Shown here in pieces: positions 1-9,985 of a stretch of DNA of 64,000 nucleotides. Below the pieces are notes generated by a model. That model did not search any database, was not told the DNA's origin, and saw only the letters and a list, made by a program, of their open reading frames with translations. Position numbers and translations under genes: made by a program. This DNA comes from Spirochaetaceae bacterium. Its GTDB lineage: Bacteria; Spirochaetota; Spirochaetia; DSM-2461. Each line of letters starts with the position of its first letter. Positions within the stretch are counted from its first letter, which is position 1. Location: assembly GCA_965224705.1 (NCBI GenBank), contig OZ245056.1:640001-704000 (forward strand), in the 5' to 3' direction.

Positions 1-857
1 TGCCAGGCGATAAAATCCTGATAGATGAATCTCACTTACTTCGGGCCCGGAGATTATTTCCCATCCTGCATGATTTCCTCAAAGAGTCTTCAGAGAGTAA
101 GATATGTGTGTCCATTTTTGGAGGATCAGGCTCTGGAAAATCCGAAATAGGTTCCATCCTCTCATACAGATGCAAGAAAGAAGGCTATCCCACCTATCTG
201 CTTTCAGGTGATAACTATCCTGTCCGCTGTTCCCCGATGAATGATGCAGAACGACTGAACCGGTTTCGAAACGCTGGCCTGTCCGCCATGATAAAGCATG
301 AGGATTTTTGTGATGACTGGAATGATGAAATCCAGAGTCTCATAAGGTCAGGAGAAGATGCCCTTCTTGAAGACAGTCAACAGATTTCCGGTAAGAGTAT
401 ATATCAAACCGAAGGATGTGAAGAGCTCAAACGCTATCTTGGGACCCATGAGGAAATTGATTTTACAACAGTGAACTGGATTATAAATGAATTCAAGTCT
501 GGTGCGGCTGAAATTCCTCTCAAACGAATCGGTCTTACACCGGAAGAAACAAAATTCGAACTGGTTGATTTCTCATCGATTCAAGTCCTGATAGTAGAAT
601 GGACTCATGGGATGAGTGGGTTCTTAAACGGGATAGATTTCCCCATCTTTCTTTACAGTACTCAGCATGAAACAGCCGAACACCGTAAACTTCGAGGTCG
701 GGATTCCAATACAGACAGTCTTTTTACGATTCTTCTTCTTTCCCTGGAGCAGGAATTAATCAATCGGCAGGCGCCATTGGCCAGAGTTATAATTACAAAG
801 GATGGCCAGTTCATATCACCTGGAGATTTTGAAGAATTCCTAAGAAATGAACACTGA
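1..857 (+). CDS. P-loop kinase (uridine/APS-kinase-like fold), resembling the sucrose-kinase domain of AgaSK; 5' end runs off the window
   Basis: The frame is open from position 3 (PGDKILIDESHLLRARRLF...) into the 108..857 ORF. Walker A GGSGSGKSE, plus SGDNYP and IVEWTHG motifs. Overlaps the start of the GH13 phosphorylase. Confidence 0.7.
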   Translation, partial: PGDKILIDESHLLRARRLFPILHDFLKESSESKICVSIFGGSGSGKSEIGSILSYRCKKEGYPTYLLSGDNYPVRCSPMNDAERLNRFRNAGLSAMIKHEDFCDDWNDEIQSLIRSGEDALLEDSQQISGKSIYQTEGCEELKRYLGTHEEIDFTTVNWIINEFKSGAAEIPLKRIGLTPEETKFELVDFSSIQVLIVEWTHGMSGFLNGIDFPIFLYSTQHETAEHRKLRGRDSNTDSLFTILLLSLEQELINRQAPLARVIITKDGQFISPGDFEEFLRNEH

Positions 858-2364
858 TGGAGTGATGTTCAATGCTTATCCTGACAGCTGCGGCGGAAAT
901 CTTTCCGCCACAGTAAAACTGTTGGAACGGCCTGAATTCAAGAATGTCTTCAAGTATTTCTACCTCCTGCCATCCATGTTTCAGTCCGATCTGGATCGTG
1001 GATTCTCGATAATCTCCTATGACCTGGATGATTCTCTGGTCTCTCCTGGCAGCCTTGATTCCCTGCGTCGGCTTGGAATTGAGCTCAAACTGGATATAGT
1101 TCTCAATCATCTGTCAGTACAGTCTCCTGAGTTCCAGGATATTCTCAATAGAGGTGAACAGTCGCCTTTCTGTGAGATGTTTATAGACTGGAATGAATTC
1201 TGGAAGGGCCATGGAAATACTGGTTCTCAGGGGTATGTTATTCCCGATAAAGAATACCTTTCAAGGCTGTTTATGAGAAAACCGGAATTGCCCATTCTTG
1301 AAACTCACTGGCCGAACGGCACACCCCACTATTACTGGAATACATTCTACCAGAAAAAAGATGAAGACCATCCCGGGGAAATTCTTGGACAGGTGGATTT
1401 GAATGCAGAATCAAAAAAAACCTGGAGTTATTATGAGAATACTATAGAAAAGCTTTCATCTTTCGGTGCCAGAATCCTGCGCCTGGATGCCTTTGCCTAT
1501 TTACACAAAAGAGTTGGAGAGACAAATTTTTTCAATAAGCCTGGTACCTGGGAGTATTTGCAAAGAATACAGAGAATTGCATCCCGATACGAGCTTACTT
1601 TGCTGCCGGAGATTCATTCGAAATGGTCGGAAGGAGTGCATCGAGAACTTGCAGAGAAAGGGTATCTTTTTTATGACTTCTTCTTCCCGGCATTGCTTAT
1701 TGATGCTTTGGAGAATGCCCATTCAGAAACTCTTATTTCCTGGATAGAGGAAATTCGGGATAACCAGTATCGAACGGTTAACATGCTGGGCTGCCATGAC
1801 GGAATCCCTGTGCTCGATGTTGACGGTTTATTACCTGATGAACGGATAGATCAATTGATAAACACTATCACCAGCAGAGGTGGATTCATTAAAAATCTAT
1901 TTGATCTGGATGGGAAAAAAATTTCCTATTATCAAGTCAATGCAGCATTTTTAAGTGCTCTGGGAGAGAATGAGCAGAAAATGCAGTTGGCCAGGGCAAT
2001 ACAGATATTCATGCCGGGTATCCCTGAAGTCTGGTATCTTGATTTGTTTGCAGGGACCAATGATTACAATGCAGCATCAGAACTTGGCCACAAAGAGATT
2101 AACCGTACAAATCTTTCGGTAGAGGAAATAAACAGCCGCTTAAATCGGTCACTCATACAGAATCAACTGAAAATGCTTCAATTCAGAAATACATTTCCAG
2201 CATTCAGTTCTCATAGTCAATTGTCTATTGAAAGGAGAAACTCTTCCCACCTTGCACTAACCTGGACTCAAAATGATCATACTGCCATTCTTGATGCTGA
2301 TCTTTCAGCAAGCACATTTTCAATTCGATATAATGATGGAGGAGGTCAAAAAGTCCTCATATAA
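847..2364 (+). CDS. GH13_18 sucrose phosphorylase-family enzyme, probably sucrose 6(F)-phosphate phosphorylase
   Basis: NAYPDS, DRGF and DIVLNHLS motifs; catalytic RLDA, LPEIH and GCHDG; loop A reads KISYYQVN. Confidence 0.85.
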   Translation: MNTDGVMFNAYPDSCGGNLSATVKLLERPEFKNVFKYFYLLPSMFQSDLDRGFSIISYDLDDSLVSPGSLDSLRRLGIELKLDIVLNHLSVQSPEFQDILNRGEQSPFCEMFIDWNEFWKGHGNTGSQGYVIPDKEYLSRLFMRKPELPILETHWPNGTPHYYWNTFYQKKDEDHPGEILGQVDLNAESKKTWSYYENTIEKLSSFGARILRLDAFAYLHKRVGETNFFNKPGTWEYLQRIQRIASRYELTLLPEIHSKWSEGVHRELAEKGYLFYDFFFPALLIDALENAHSETLISWIEEIRDNQYRTVNMLGCHDGIPVLDVDGLLPDERIDQLINTITSRGGFIKNLFDLDGKKISYYQVNAAFLSALGENEQKMQLARAIQIFMPGIPEVWYLDLFAGTNDYNAASELGHKEINRTNLSVEEINSRLNRSLIQNQLKMLQFRNTFPAFSSHSQLSIERRNSSHLALTWTQNDHTAILDADLSASTFSIRYNDGGGQKVLI

Positions 2365-2411
2365 CAAAAACAGAGCGCAACTGGGCTGCGTGAGTATTTT
2401 GTAACGCAGCA
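2364..2411 (-). repeat. Internal fragment of MITE-like family A
   Basis: acaaaaacagagcgcaactgggctgcgtgagtattttgtaacgcagca matches the reverse complement of the 35577 copy at about 43/49 positions. Confidence 0.75.
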
Positions 2412-2444
2412 TGGCGGCCAAAATGCACTTTTGGAATACGCCAT
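2411..2444. terminator. Hairpin between the convergent phosphorylase gene and tRNA
   Basis: ATGGCG..CCAAAA-TGCAC-TTTTGG..CGCCAT; no clear U-tract. Confidence 0.35.
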
Positions 2445-2582
2445 CTGCACACCCAGGCTTCCTTCTCTGAATCGGCCTTCTCGGAAAGATCTTCTCAGCC
2501 AGTTTTCTTTCTCAGGTTAAAAAGCAAATTATTCCTTCCCGGTATCTGATACTCACTTTGCGGGCAGGTTGAGATCTATGGA

Positions 2583-2655
<73 letters not shown>

Positions 2656-2666
2656 AATCTGGATAA

Positions 2667-2694
2667 ACTGTACTGATCAAACTGGCACGGTCAA
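2667..2694 (-). promoter_or_regulatory. Sigma70-type promoter of tRNA-Thr
   Basis: TTGACC-N16-TACAGT just upstream of the tRNA. Confidence 0.55.
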
Positions 2695-2755
2695 GTAAGG
2701 AATTCATCGGAGTATACTGAAACTCTACTTTGAATTAAGCAATGGATTCGTACAG

Positions 2756-3412
2756 CTAGTTCTTATTTTGAGCATTTCTCTGAGTTTTTACAAGGCGTCT
2801 GAAGTCATGGATGTTGGTAACGATAATGCTTGTTTGAGTCATACTTATTCTGTTTTTCTCCTGATAGTGATTGATGATTTCTCTACATCGGATGGGAGTT
2901 ATACCTGCCCAGTGGGCAATATCTGCAACAGAACAATTGAACTCACGTTCCCCCGAATTTGATACTTCTTCTTCAAGTTCAGTTTTTTCGTCCAGCATTA
3001 CAAACACATCCGCTACCTTGGCGGAATCATCTTCTAATGTGAGTATGGAGAACTGTCTTTTCTGATCGTAAATCCTTGTAGAAAAAAGACGCAGTAGTTT
3101 AAGAGCCAGTTGGGGATTACTGGTCATGAGCATCTCAAAGTTATTCTGATTGAACTCCAGAATCCTGCTATCCTCAACGGCAATGATTGAAGCACTCCGG
3201 GGAGCATTCTCCAGAAGTGCCATTTCACCGAAAAATTCACCTGGATGAAGCACGTCAATGAGTTTTTCAATTTTCCCGAAGATTTTAACAATCTTTACCT
3301 GACCTGAATTTATAAGGTAAAACGCATCGCCAGGTTCGTATTCGCAGAAAATAATACTACCGGCACTATAGTTTTTGGCGAACCGCTCGAATAAAGAAAG
3401 ATCCAGATTCAT
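2756..3412 (-). CDS. Crp/Fnr-family cyclic-nucleotide-binding protein
   Basis: cNMP-binding motif GEFFGEMALLENAPRSAS, C-helix, and an HTH-like C-terminus (SVADIAHWAGIT). Confidence 0.85.
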   Translation of the reverse strand: MNLDLSLFERFAKNYSAGSIIFCEYEPGDAFYLINSGQVKIVKIFGKIEKLIDVLHPGEFFGEMALLENAPRSASIIAVEDSRILEFNQNNFEMLMTSNPQLALKLLRLFSTRIYDQKRQFSILTLEDDSAKVADVFVMLDEKTELEEEVSNSGEREFNCSVADIAHWAGITPIRCREIINHYQEKNRISMTQTSIIVTNIHDFRRLVKTQRNAQNKN

Positions 3413-4392
3413 AATTTCTTTCCTTTGAGAGCACTGATTTTCGTCAGCATCTGGCGATACAGGCTGTCTGATTTCGGGAGATGTTTGTAGGCTGTCTGGT
3501 AGAATTCCAATGCCTTACTCTTCTGTGCAAGAGCTTCGTAGCTGAATCCAATATAACAAATTGCTTCACCTGTATGAGTAAGATTCGGGTATTTATGCAG
3601 AGTTGCCGAAAGCTGTTTTATTGCATCATTGTATTTTCCAAGGAAATACAAACAACAGCCAATCCGTAATTCCACATAGGCTTCATTTTCTGCAGCAGCT
3701 TTGTTTTCTAACAGGGTCAAAAAACCTTTGAGTGCAATTTTATACTGCTTGAGCTTATATTGAGAATCAATAGCATGAAATGATAATGCGGAATAACCTG
3801 TTGGCGGGTCATTTTGGGGAGCTATCTTCTGGCTATTGGGATTATTAAGGGATTGTTCCAATAGTGTTTGTGCTTCATCCGCCTTTAACTTGGCCTGTGG
3901 AGCATATGATCCAGTTGGCCAATGCTTCATATATCTTTGAAATGCAAACACGGCCTGTGAATACAGGCCTTCATTTTTATAATACTCACCGACAGAAATG
4001 AGTCCGGCTTCGGGGTTTATTTCTGTATCCTCTGTGGAAAGGCTGCTCTGCACCTGGTGGTGAATCCGCCGGAGTTGATTCGAGAAAACCCTGAGCATTT
4101 TCATCAGAATTCTTGGGTTTCCTGATATCAGTTCTTCAAACTCAGGTACGGTGAATTGCAGAACAGTACATTCTGTCAGTGCTCTGGCTGTATCATCGTG
4201 AAGATTACCAGCCAGTGCTGCCTTTACTCCAAAGAACTCTCCAGCTTCCACGGCCTCGCTAATTTCTTCGCCGGTTTGAAGATCTATACTGGTCAACTCA
4301 ACCTTTCCCTGCTTGAGTATGGATATCCCATCAGCTTTGTCTTCAGCGAAGTGTATTATGGCATTTGCATGATATGTAATTGGTTTCGGCAA
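3409..4392 (-). CDS. cNMP-binding domain plus TPR protein
   Basis: N-terminal GEFFGVKAAL cNMP domain and C-terminal TPR-like helices. TTG start with AGGAG RBS; 4-bp overlap with the Crp gene. Confidence 0.8.
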   Translation of the reverse strand: MPKPITYHANAIIHFAEDKADGISILKQGKVELTSIDLQTGEEISEAVEAGEFFGVKAALAGNLHDDTARALTECTVLQFTVPEFEELISGNPRILMKMLRVFSNQLRRIHHQVQSSLSTEDTEINPEAGLISVGEYYKNEGLYSQAVFAFQRYMKHWPTGSYAPQAKLKADEAQTLLEQSLNNPNSQKIAPQNDPPTGYSALSFHAIDSQYKLKQYKIALKGFLTLLENKAAAENEAYVELRIGCCLYFLGKYNDAIKQLSATLHKYPNLTHTGEAICYIGFSYEALAQKSKALEFYQTAYKHLPKSDSLYRQMLTKISALKGKKL

Positions 4393-4483
4393 TTAGATAT
4401 TCTCCTGTACAACCAATTCTGGAAGAATACGAGATATGTCAAGCACTGTCAATATCTACAAACACAATATATGATATGATTCT

Positions 4484-5311
4484 ATGGTAGATCTTCATAC
4501 CCATTCAACAGAAAGCGATGGTGAATTGTCACCCAGCGAGTTAATAGACCTTGCAGATGAAACCGGGCTTTCTGCTATTGCTCTCACTGACCATGATACC
4601 ATTGCGGGTATCAATGAAGCCCAGGTTCGATCTGACATGAAAGGAATCAGATTTATTCCCGGAGTTGAAATCAACGTACAGTTTGAACTTGGAGAATGCC
4701 ATCTCCTTGGTCTCAACCTGAAGAAAGATAAAATCGTCCATATCGAGAAATTTCTTATGGAAATACGTCGGCATCGTGTAACTAGAAACCAGAAAATGAT
4801 TCAATGTATGCAGAATGATGACCTGGATATTTCCCTGGATGCCCTGTACAGCCAATTTCATGGTGATGTGATTGGGAGGCTGCATTTTGCTCGCTGGTTG
4901 ATTGCCGCAGGTAAAGCCAGAGATGTTCCAGACGCATTCAGAAAATGGCTGGGTGTCGGTCGGCCTTATTATGTCCGAAATTCTCTTCCCTCCATGGCAG
5001 AGTCTGTTCAGGTAATCCACCAATCCGGCGGGCAAGCTGTTGTTGCTCATCCTAAATCATTGTGGATTTCCTGGGGTCGTTTGAATATGCAATTAGCTGA
5101 GTGGAAAAGCATGGGGCTTGATGGAATTGAGGCGCTTCATTCCGGAAACTCGAAAAATGATGTTAAACGGTTATTGGAACTTGCTCAAACTCATGATTTA
5201 TTCATCACAGGAGGTTCTGATTTCCATGGTACAAGCCGCCCTGATCGAGTTTTAGGCCATGGTCCGCAGGGAATGTGTTTGGATGACAGTCTTCTGGAGC
5301 CATTTCAATGA
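4484..5311 (+). CDS. PHP-domain metal-dependent phosphoesterase (TrpH/YciV-like)
   Basis: DLHTHS, TDHDT, GVE, AHP and GGSDFHG motifs. Confidence 0.9.
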   Translation: MVDLHTHSTESDGELSPSELIDLADETGLSAIALTDHDTIAGINEAQVRSDMKGIRFIPGVEINVQFELGECHLLGLNLKKDKIVHIEKFLMEIRRHRVTRNQKMIQCMQNDDLDISLDALYSQFHGDVIGRLHFARWLIAAGKARDVPDAFRKWLGVGRPYYVRNSLPSMAESVQVIHQSGGQAVVAHPKSLWISWGRLNMQLAEWKSMGLDGIEALHSGNSKNDVKRLLELAQTHDLFITGGSDFHGTSRPDRVLGHGPQGMCLDDSLLEPFQ

Positions 5312-6204
5312 TGAGAAGAGCCTTCCTCACAGCTCTAACAACATTGCTGGCTGTATACAGTCTTTTTGGAGATTACCCTCTTATTAGAGAAAAGAATAAA
5401 TCTCAAGATCTTGTTTTCCTGCAGCAGCAGCAGGATGTTTCTAATTGGTACTCAGGAATGGAAGATCCCCCTCCAATAGTCCTGTTTCGATATAAGCCTG
5501 ATGCCACGGAAAGTCTTTTTACAGTCGCAGCAGATTTCAATCTTCCATATGAGACCCTGTCTACACTGAACAGTTGGGATTCCCCGGCTCTTTTTGCCGC
5601 TGAAACCGAAATCCTGGTTTCAAATCTACCCGGGTTGTTTATTCAGGAATTGTCGGACATGGAGTGGGATAAAAACATGATTGAAACCCGGCAAAACCTG
5701 GAAAGCTCCAATCTTGTCATTACAACTGCAGATGGAATAACAAAAACATTTAAGTTCTTCCCTGGAGAAAAATTTACCCCTGAAGAGCGTATTCGGTTTC
5801 TTGGCAATCTTTTTTCTACACCTCTGGACAAAATCGCAGTGATTACATCCCATTATGGGTACAGAAACAGCCCAATTACTGGTAAAATAAGTTTCCATCC
5901 AGGCATAGACCTCAGAGTTGAGATAGGAACTCCTGTACTTTGTGCTCGAAATGGAGTAGTTTCTGATATAGGTACGTTGGAGATTTATGGCCTTTATCTT
6001 ATCATCAATCATGATGGAGGTTATCAAACGGTATATGCCCATCTCAAAGAAGTTCTGGTAACTCAGGGGCAGAGAGTGAATGCAGGTTCAGTTGTGGCTC
6101 TATCTGGCAATTCCGGGATTTCAACAGGCTCTCATCTGCATTTTGAGATACGTCGAAATGAACGTCCAATAAATCCTTTGCGGGTTACCGCATTGAGGAG
6201 ATGA
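5308..6204 (+). CDS. M23-family peptidoglycan metallopeptidase with a LysM-like region
   Basis: Signal peptide; HPGID (HxxxD), YAHL and STGSHLHFE (HxH) motifs. Confidence 0.9.
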   Translation: MMRRAFLTALTTLLAVYSLFGDYPLIREKNKSQDLVFLQQQQDVSNWYSGMEDPPPIVLFRYKPDATESLFTVAADFNLPYETLSTLNSWDSPALFAAETEILVSNLPGLFIQELSDMEWDKNMIETRQNLESSNLVITTADGITKTFKFFPGEKFTPEERIRFLGNLFSTPLDKIAVITSHYGYRNSPITGKISFHPGIDLRVEIGTPVLCARNGVVSDIGTLEIYGLYLIINHDGGYQTVYAHLKEVLVTQGQRVNAGSVVALSGNSGISTGSHLHFEIRRNERPINPLRVTALRR

Positions 6205-7247
6205 TGAAGCGAAAACGAAAGAAAATGACAGCCGTATTCATTATTATTTCATTATCCTGTTTTTGCATACAGAATCTTGCTGCCGAAAGTATCAATGGAA
6301 CAACTGTCGGGTTCATTGATGGGAATAGTGATGCAATTGCCTTCAATCTTGAGGATATAGTGGTGATAAATGCTGTATCCATACCGGATCATCAGGAAGG
6401 TATGGAACTTGAGATTGATATTCCGAGAAGACTGCAGGACTACCAGAATAGTTTTGCCCTTATGATATACAGGAGCATTACTCCAGAACCAGGCATGGAT
6501 GTGCGATCATACAATGGGATCCGGGTATATATGAGATTGTTGACTACCAGAGAATCCATGTATCTTCGAATCCCGTTTAATACGCATCATTCCGTCAGTG
6601 GAGATGCTCTTACTCAACTTCTTCCGGTCGCAGTAACTCCTGAGGATTTCCCCCTGCTATTTACCATTCTGCCAGTAGTGAAGGGTATACCGGATATGGT
6701 ATACAATCAGGATTTCACAATACAGGCTTCTCCACTATGGAGAAATGAAGGATTGGTGTCTGTCAGTATCGCCAACTTATCCGGTTCGCCTGAGGAAACG
6801 ATTTTAATCACTATCGATGGGAATGAAGTTTCTCAGAATGAGAAAACTGCATTGGAAACAGGTATACATAAGATTATTGTAAGCAGCACTCATGCCCCCC
6901 TGGTTGAAAAAACAGTCATCGTTGAACCAGGAGAAGAAATTGATATCCCTGTAACGCTTGATTACAGACCTCCTGAACTGACCATAAAAACATTGGATGG
7001 AGCGCAGATTTTTCTGGATGATAATGAAATTCTGTCCGATGACAATGGAATTGAAGTAGACAACAGCATCATTACACTGGAAGTGGAACCAGGGGATCAT
7101 ATTATAACGAGTATACTGGGCGATTATGAGCTATCGAAGAGCTTTTCTATTCGACCCGGGGGGCGAGTCCGCATTGAATTACTATTCGAGATCAAAATTG
7201 CTGAGTATGAAAATGAAAGTGGGAATCCCTATGGCCTGGGAAACTAG
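6201..7247 (+). CDS. Exported hypothetical protein with PEGA-like beta domains
   Basis: N-terminal signal sequence; C-terminal GAQIFLD...VEPGDH PEGA-like pattern; coupled to the M23 gene. Confidence 0.6.
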   Translation: MMKRKRKKMTAVFIIISLSCFCIQNLAAESINGTTVGFIDGNSDAIAFNLEDIVVINAVSIPDHQEGMELEIDIPRRLQDYQNSFALMIYRSITPEPGMDVRSYNGIRVYMRLLTTRESMYLRIPFNTHHSVSGDALTQLLPVAVTPEDFPLLFTILPVVKGIPDMVYNQDFTIQASPLWRNEGLVSVSIANLSGSPEETILITIDGNEVSQNEKTALETGIHKIIVSSTHAPLVEKTVIVEPGEEIDIPVTLDYRPPELTIKTLDGAQIFLDDNEILSDDNGIEVDNSIITLEVEPGDHIITSILGDYELSKSFSIRPGGRVRIELLFEIKIAEYENESGNPYGLGN

Positions 7248-7287
7248 TGTTTTTGTAGATTTATTCCTGTTATTTTTCATGTTTTTC

Positions 7288-7315
7288 TAAGTTTAATGCC
7301 TCAAAGTGCCGAGAA
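7288..7315 (+). promoter_or_regulatory. Candidate sigma28 (FliA) promoter
   Basis: TAAG-N16-GCCGAGAA against consensus TAAA-N15-GCCGATAA. Confidence 0.45.
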
Positions 7316-7320
7316 TCATC

Positions 7321-7420
7321 ATGTCGGGTAACCGGGGTAGTACCCCTCCCAGTTCACTATGCCGGGTATCTGATCCCATTTATGGGTGGCTGGCCTTCGG
7401 GCCGGCCTTTGCTTTTTTTT
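7321..7420 (+). ncRNA. Candidate small RNA of about 100 nt
   Basis: Lies between a sigma28-like promoter and a strong terminator. Internal hairpins CGG-GTAA-CCG, GGGGT-AGT-ACCCC and CCCA-TTTA-TGGG. Confidence 0.4.
7388..7420 (+). terminator. Rho-independent terminator
   Basis: GGCTGGCC-TTCG-GGCCGGCC followed by TTTGCTTTTTTTT. Confidence 0.85.
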
Positions 7421-7423
7421 GTA

Positions 7424-7455
7424 GTGTCAGAAAGCCTGTAAAACCCTCTTCAACC
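7424..7455 (+). repeat. Terminal fragment related to MITE-like family B
   Basis: GTGTCAGAAAGCCTGT resembles the family B terminal repeat. The following tgtaaaaccctcttcaacc recurs inverted at 33441-33470 (18/19). Confidence 0.55.
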
Positions 7456-7577
7456 CATCCCGGGAGTCCAATCTCATCCTGAACCTTCCCATACAGCGGA
7501 TCATAACGACCAGTGGACTCGCATACCGAAGAGAGTGCCGGGCGATAGCAGGAAAAGCCGCATCAGATTAATTCCTG

Positions 7578-9704
7578 CTACTGCTGTGTGTTGGAGTTGT
7601 TAAACCAGAAATACTCCAGATCTCCCAGAACCGATTGAGTTGATTTAATGGATTTAAACACCGGCGGCAGGGCATCAAGAAACAACTTCCCATAAGCCTT
7701 ATGAATTATACGGGAATCAAGAACGAAGACGGCACCATAATCATCTGTCCGTCGCATGAGACGCCCGAACCCCTGACGGAATCGGGTGATGGCAGCAGGA
7801 ATGGTGAATTCCAGGAAGGCATTCCCACCGGAAGCAGTAATGGCATCCCGTCGTGCCCGGGATACTGGTTCGGACGGGGATTTGAACGGCAAACGTGTAA
7901 TGATAACCATTCGAAGAGAATCACCGGGAATATCAACTCCTTCCCAGAACGAATCAGTGGCAAACAGCACACTGGACGAATCCTCCCGGAACCGTTTAAG
8001 AAGCCGACTCCTGCTTTCATCTCCCTGAGCAAGAAGCCGGAGACCCCCACTCCCCAGGCAGGCACGAACACCTTTAATTGTCACTCTCAGAGTTTCAAAC
8101 GAGGTAAAGAGTATCAGTGCATGTCCCCCTGTCAGATCCAGAATGCTTGCTATTGTCTCAACAAGATATGTCTCCCAGACATTTTTTTCACCGGGGAACG
8201 GGGAATCATCCGGTACGCCAAGCATCACACGGGATGAGAAATCAAATGGCGAATGATAAATACCTTCCAGTGGGTTAAATGAATCTGAATCGGCCCCAAT
8301 ACGGGATCGCCAATGCTTGAAACTACCTCCCAAACTCAAAGTAGCCGATACGGTAATAACCGTTCCATAGGATTCCCAGATTGCTTCTCTCACAATACTG
8401 GCCACCGACAGGGGGGCCCGTTTTGAATGAAGCTGCTCAATTCCATCCGTCGTTCGGTGCAATTCCAGCCAGAATACCTGCTCTGGATGTTTCGTTCTAT
8501 TGAGAAACGTATCAATAATATCTGCGGCTTCTTCAAGACCTCCAACAGCCTGCTCTACTTCTATTGACAAACCCTGAAGCTCAATATCGGGATTGTCGCT
8601 TTTTAATCCATTGATTCCATCTTTGAGATCATTGGTCAGTTTAATCAGAGCTTCCCGGAGATTTCTCATAGGTTCAAGTAGTTTAATTTTCTCAAGGGTT
8701 CCAGGTTCATCGGTCAGGTGCAGGGGTGATGAATCAGCAAATAATGCAGGAGCACTGATATCAAGGATTTCCGCTGCTGCCTGGGCCTTATTCACAAGCT
8801 TTGGGATTACTCCTGTCAAGAACTCATTTAACTGCGGTTTTTTCATGGCAATGCTTTTAAGCAGACCACTGATATGCCGTCCTTTTTTACGATACAGCCG
8901 ATTAAAAAGACGTTTCAATGAAGAGGAAGAAATCACGGCCGTAAACAGTGCTGTTGCCCCATTCTCAATGTGATGGGCTTCGTCAAAGATTATGCATTGA
9001 CAGGCTGGTAAGACCGCTGTTTCATCCTGACTTCCTCCGTTTCGCCGTGCAGCTTGATCCGCAAATAGAAGATGGTGATTGGATACCAGAATGGATGCAC
9101 TGGCCGCCTGTCTTCTGGCCCTCATGAAAAAACACGGCTCATAATATGGACACAGCATTCCCGGACATGAATCTGTTTCACAGCAAACCCGCTCCCGGAT
9201 TCCTTTGCCTGGTTGAAATGCAAGCTCAGAGAATTCACCACTGCTCGTTTCATCGGCCCACTGACGCAATTCTGTCAGCTCATTTTCCATTTCAGGGAAA
9301 TCATCGCCTGCTCCTGCCTCATTCAGACGCTTCAGGCAGAGATAGTTTCCCCTGCCAACAACCAGAACTGTTTTTACATCCCTGCCTGTGAGCTTCTTCG
9401 CCAGAGGAATATCTTTATCCATCAACTGCTGCTGCAATGCAATGGTAGCCGTAGAAATAACCACCCGTCCCTCATTGTTAGCAGCCCATTCAAGTGCTGG
9501 TAAAAGGTAGGCAAGGGATTTACCAACTCCGGTACCGGCTTCAATAATCAGTGGCCGGGACTCGTCAAACGACTGACTGACACTCTTGAGCATGGATATC
9601 TGTTCGGGGCGGAATTCACAGGATTCGAGATAGTTACCAAGACCTCCTTCTAAAGTTAAAAGGTCTGAAAGATCTCGTTTCACAGGATTATTGTCGGCTG
9701 GCAT
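7578..9704 (-). CDS. dinG: DinG/YoaA-family Fe-S DNA helicase
   Basis: EAGTGVGKS, DEAHH, SATL, FWEGVD and QGFGRLMR motifs, plus a Cys cluster. Start moved to MPADNN, which has a GGAG RBS. Confidence 0.9.
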   Translation of the reverse strand: MPADNNPVKRDLSDLLTLEGGLGNYLESCEFRPEQISMLKSVSQSFDESRPLIIEAGTGVGKSLAYLLPALEWAANNEGRVVISTATIALQQQLMDKDIPLAKKLTGRDVKTVLVVGRGNYLCLKRLNEAGAGDDFPEMENELTELRQWADETSSGEFSELAFQPGKGIRERVCCETDSCPGMLCPYYEPCFFMRARRQAASASILVSNHHLLFADQAARRNGGSQDETAVLPACQCIIFDEAHHIENGATALFTAVISSSSLKRLFNRLYRKKGRHISGLLKSIAMKKPQLNEFLTGVIPKLVNKAQAAAEILDISAPALFADSSPLHLTDEPGTLEKIKLLEPMRNLREALIKLTNDLKDGINGLKSDNPDIELQGLSIEVEQAVGGLEEAADIIDTFLNRTKHPEQVFWLELHRTTDGIEQLHSKRAPLSVASIVREAIWESYGTVITVSATLSLGGSFKHWRSRIGADSDSFNPLEGIYHSPFDFSSRVMLGVPDDSPFPGEKNVWETYLVETIASILDLTGGHALILFTSFETLRVTIKGVRACLGSGGLRLLAQGDESRSRLLKRFREDSSSVLFATDSFWEGVDIPGDSLRMVIITRLPFKSPSEPVSRARRDAITASGGNAFLEFTIPAAITRFRQGFGRLMRRTDDYGAVFVLDSRIIHKAYGKLFLDALPPVFKSIKSTQSVLGDLEYFWFNNSNTQQ

Positions 9705-9985
9705 AGAGACTTCTCCAAACTCAAAGCATGATTCCCGGGTGCCTCTTAAAAACTCGCTTCCTGAAAACAGCGAATAAATCCTATCTGGATGCAAGGTGGG
9801 TTGAAGTCTGTAACAATCCTCTGCCTAATGCAATAAACAGGACTCAAAGAAAGGTACATTCGCTCATATCTCACTCTACGGATGATATTATTTCCTTTTT
9901 ACCCATAGAAGCAATACAAAGCCTTGACCTTAAATATCTTTTAGGACTAGGTTCTCTCCTAATAATATTCACAGGATGTACTACA

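Noticed and set aside
2445..2582. Possible att site or integrase remnant at the tRNA-Thr 3' end
   Set aside because: I saw no duplicate of the tRNA 3' end and no integrase fragment within the window.
7321..7482. Short ATG-initiated ORF across the candidate sRNA
   Set aside because: It has no SD and reads through a strong terminator and a repeat. A leaderless peptide cannot be fully excluded.
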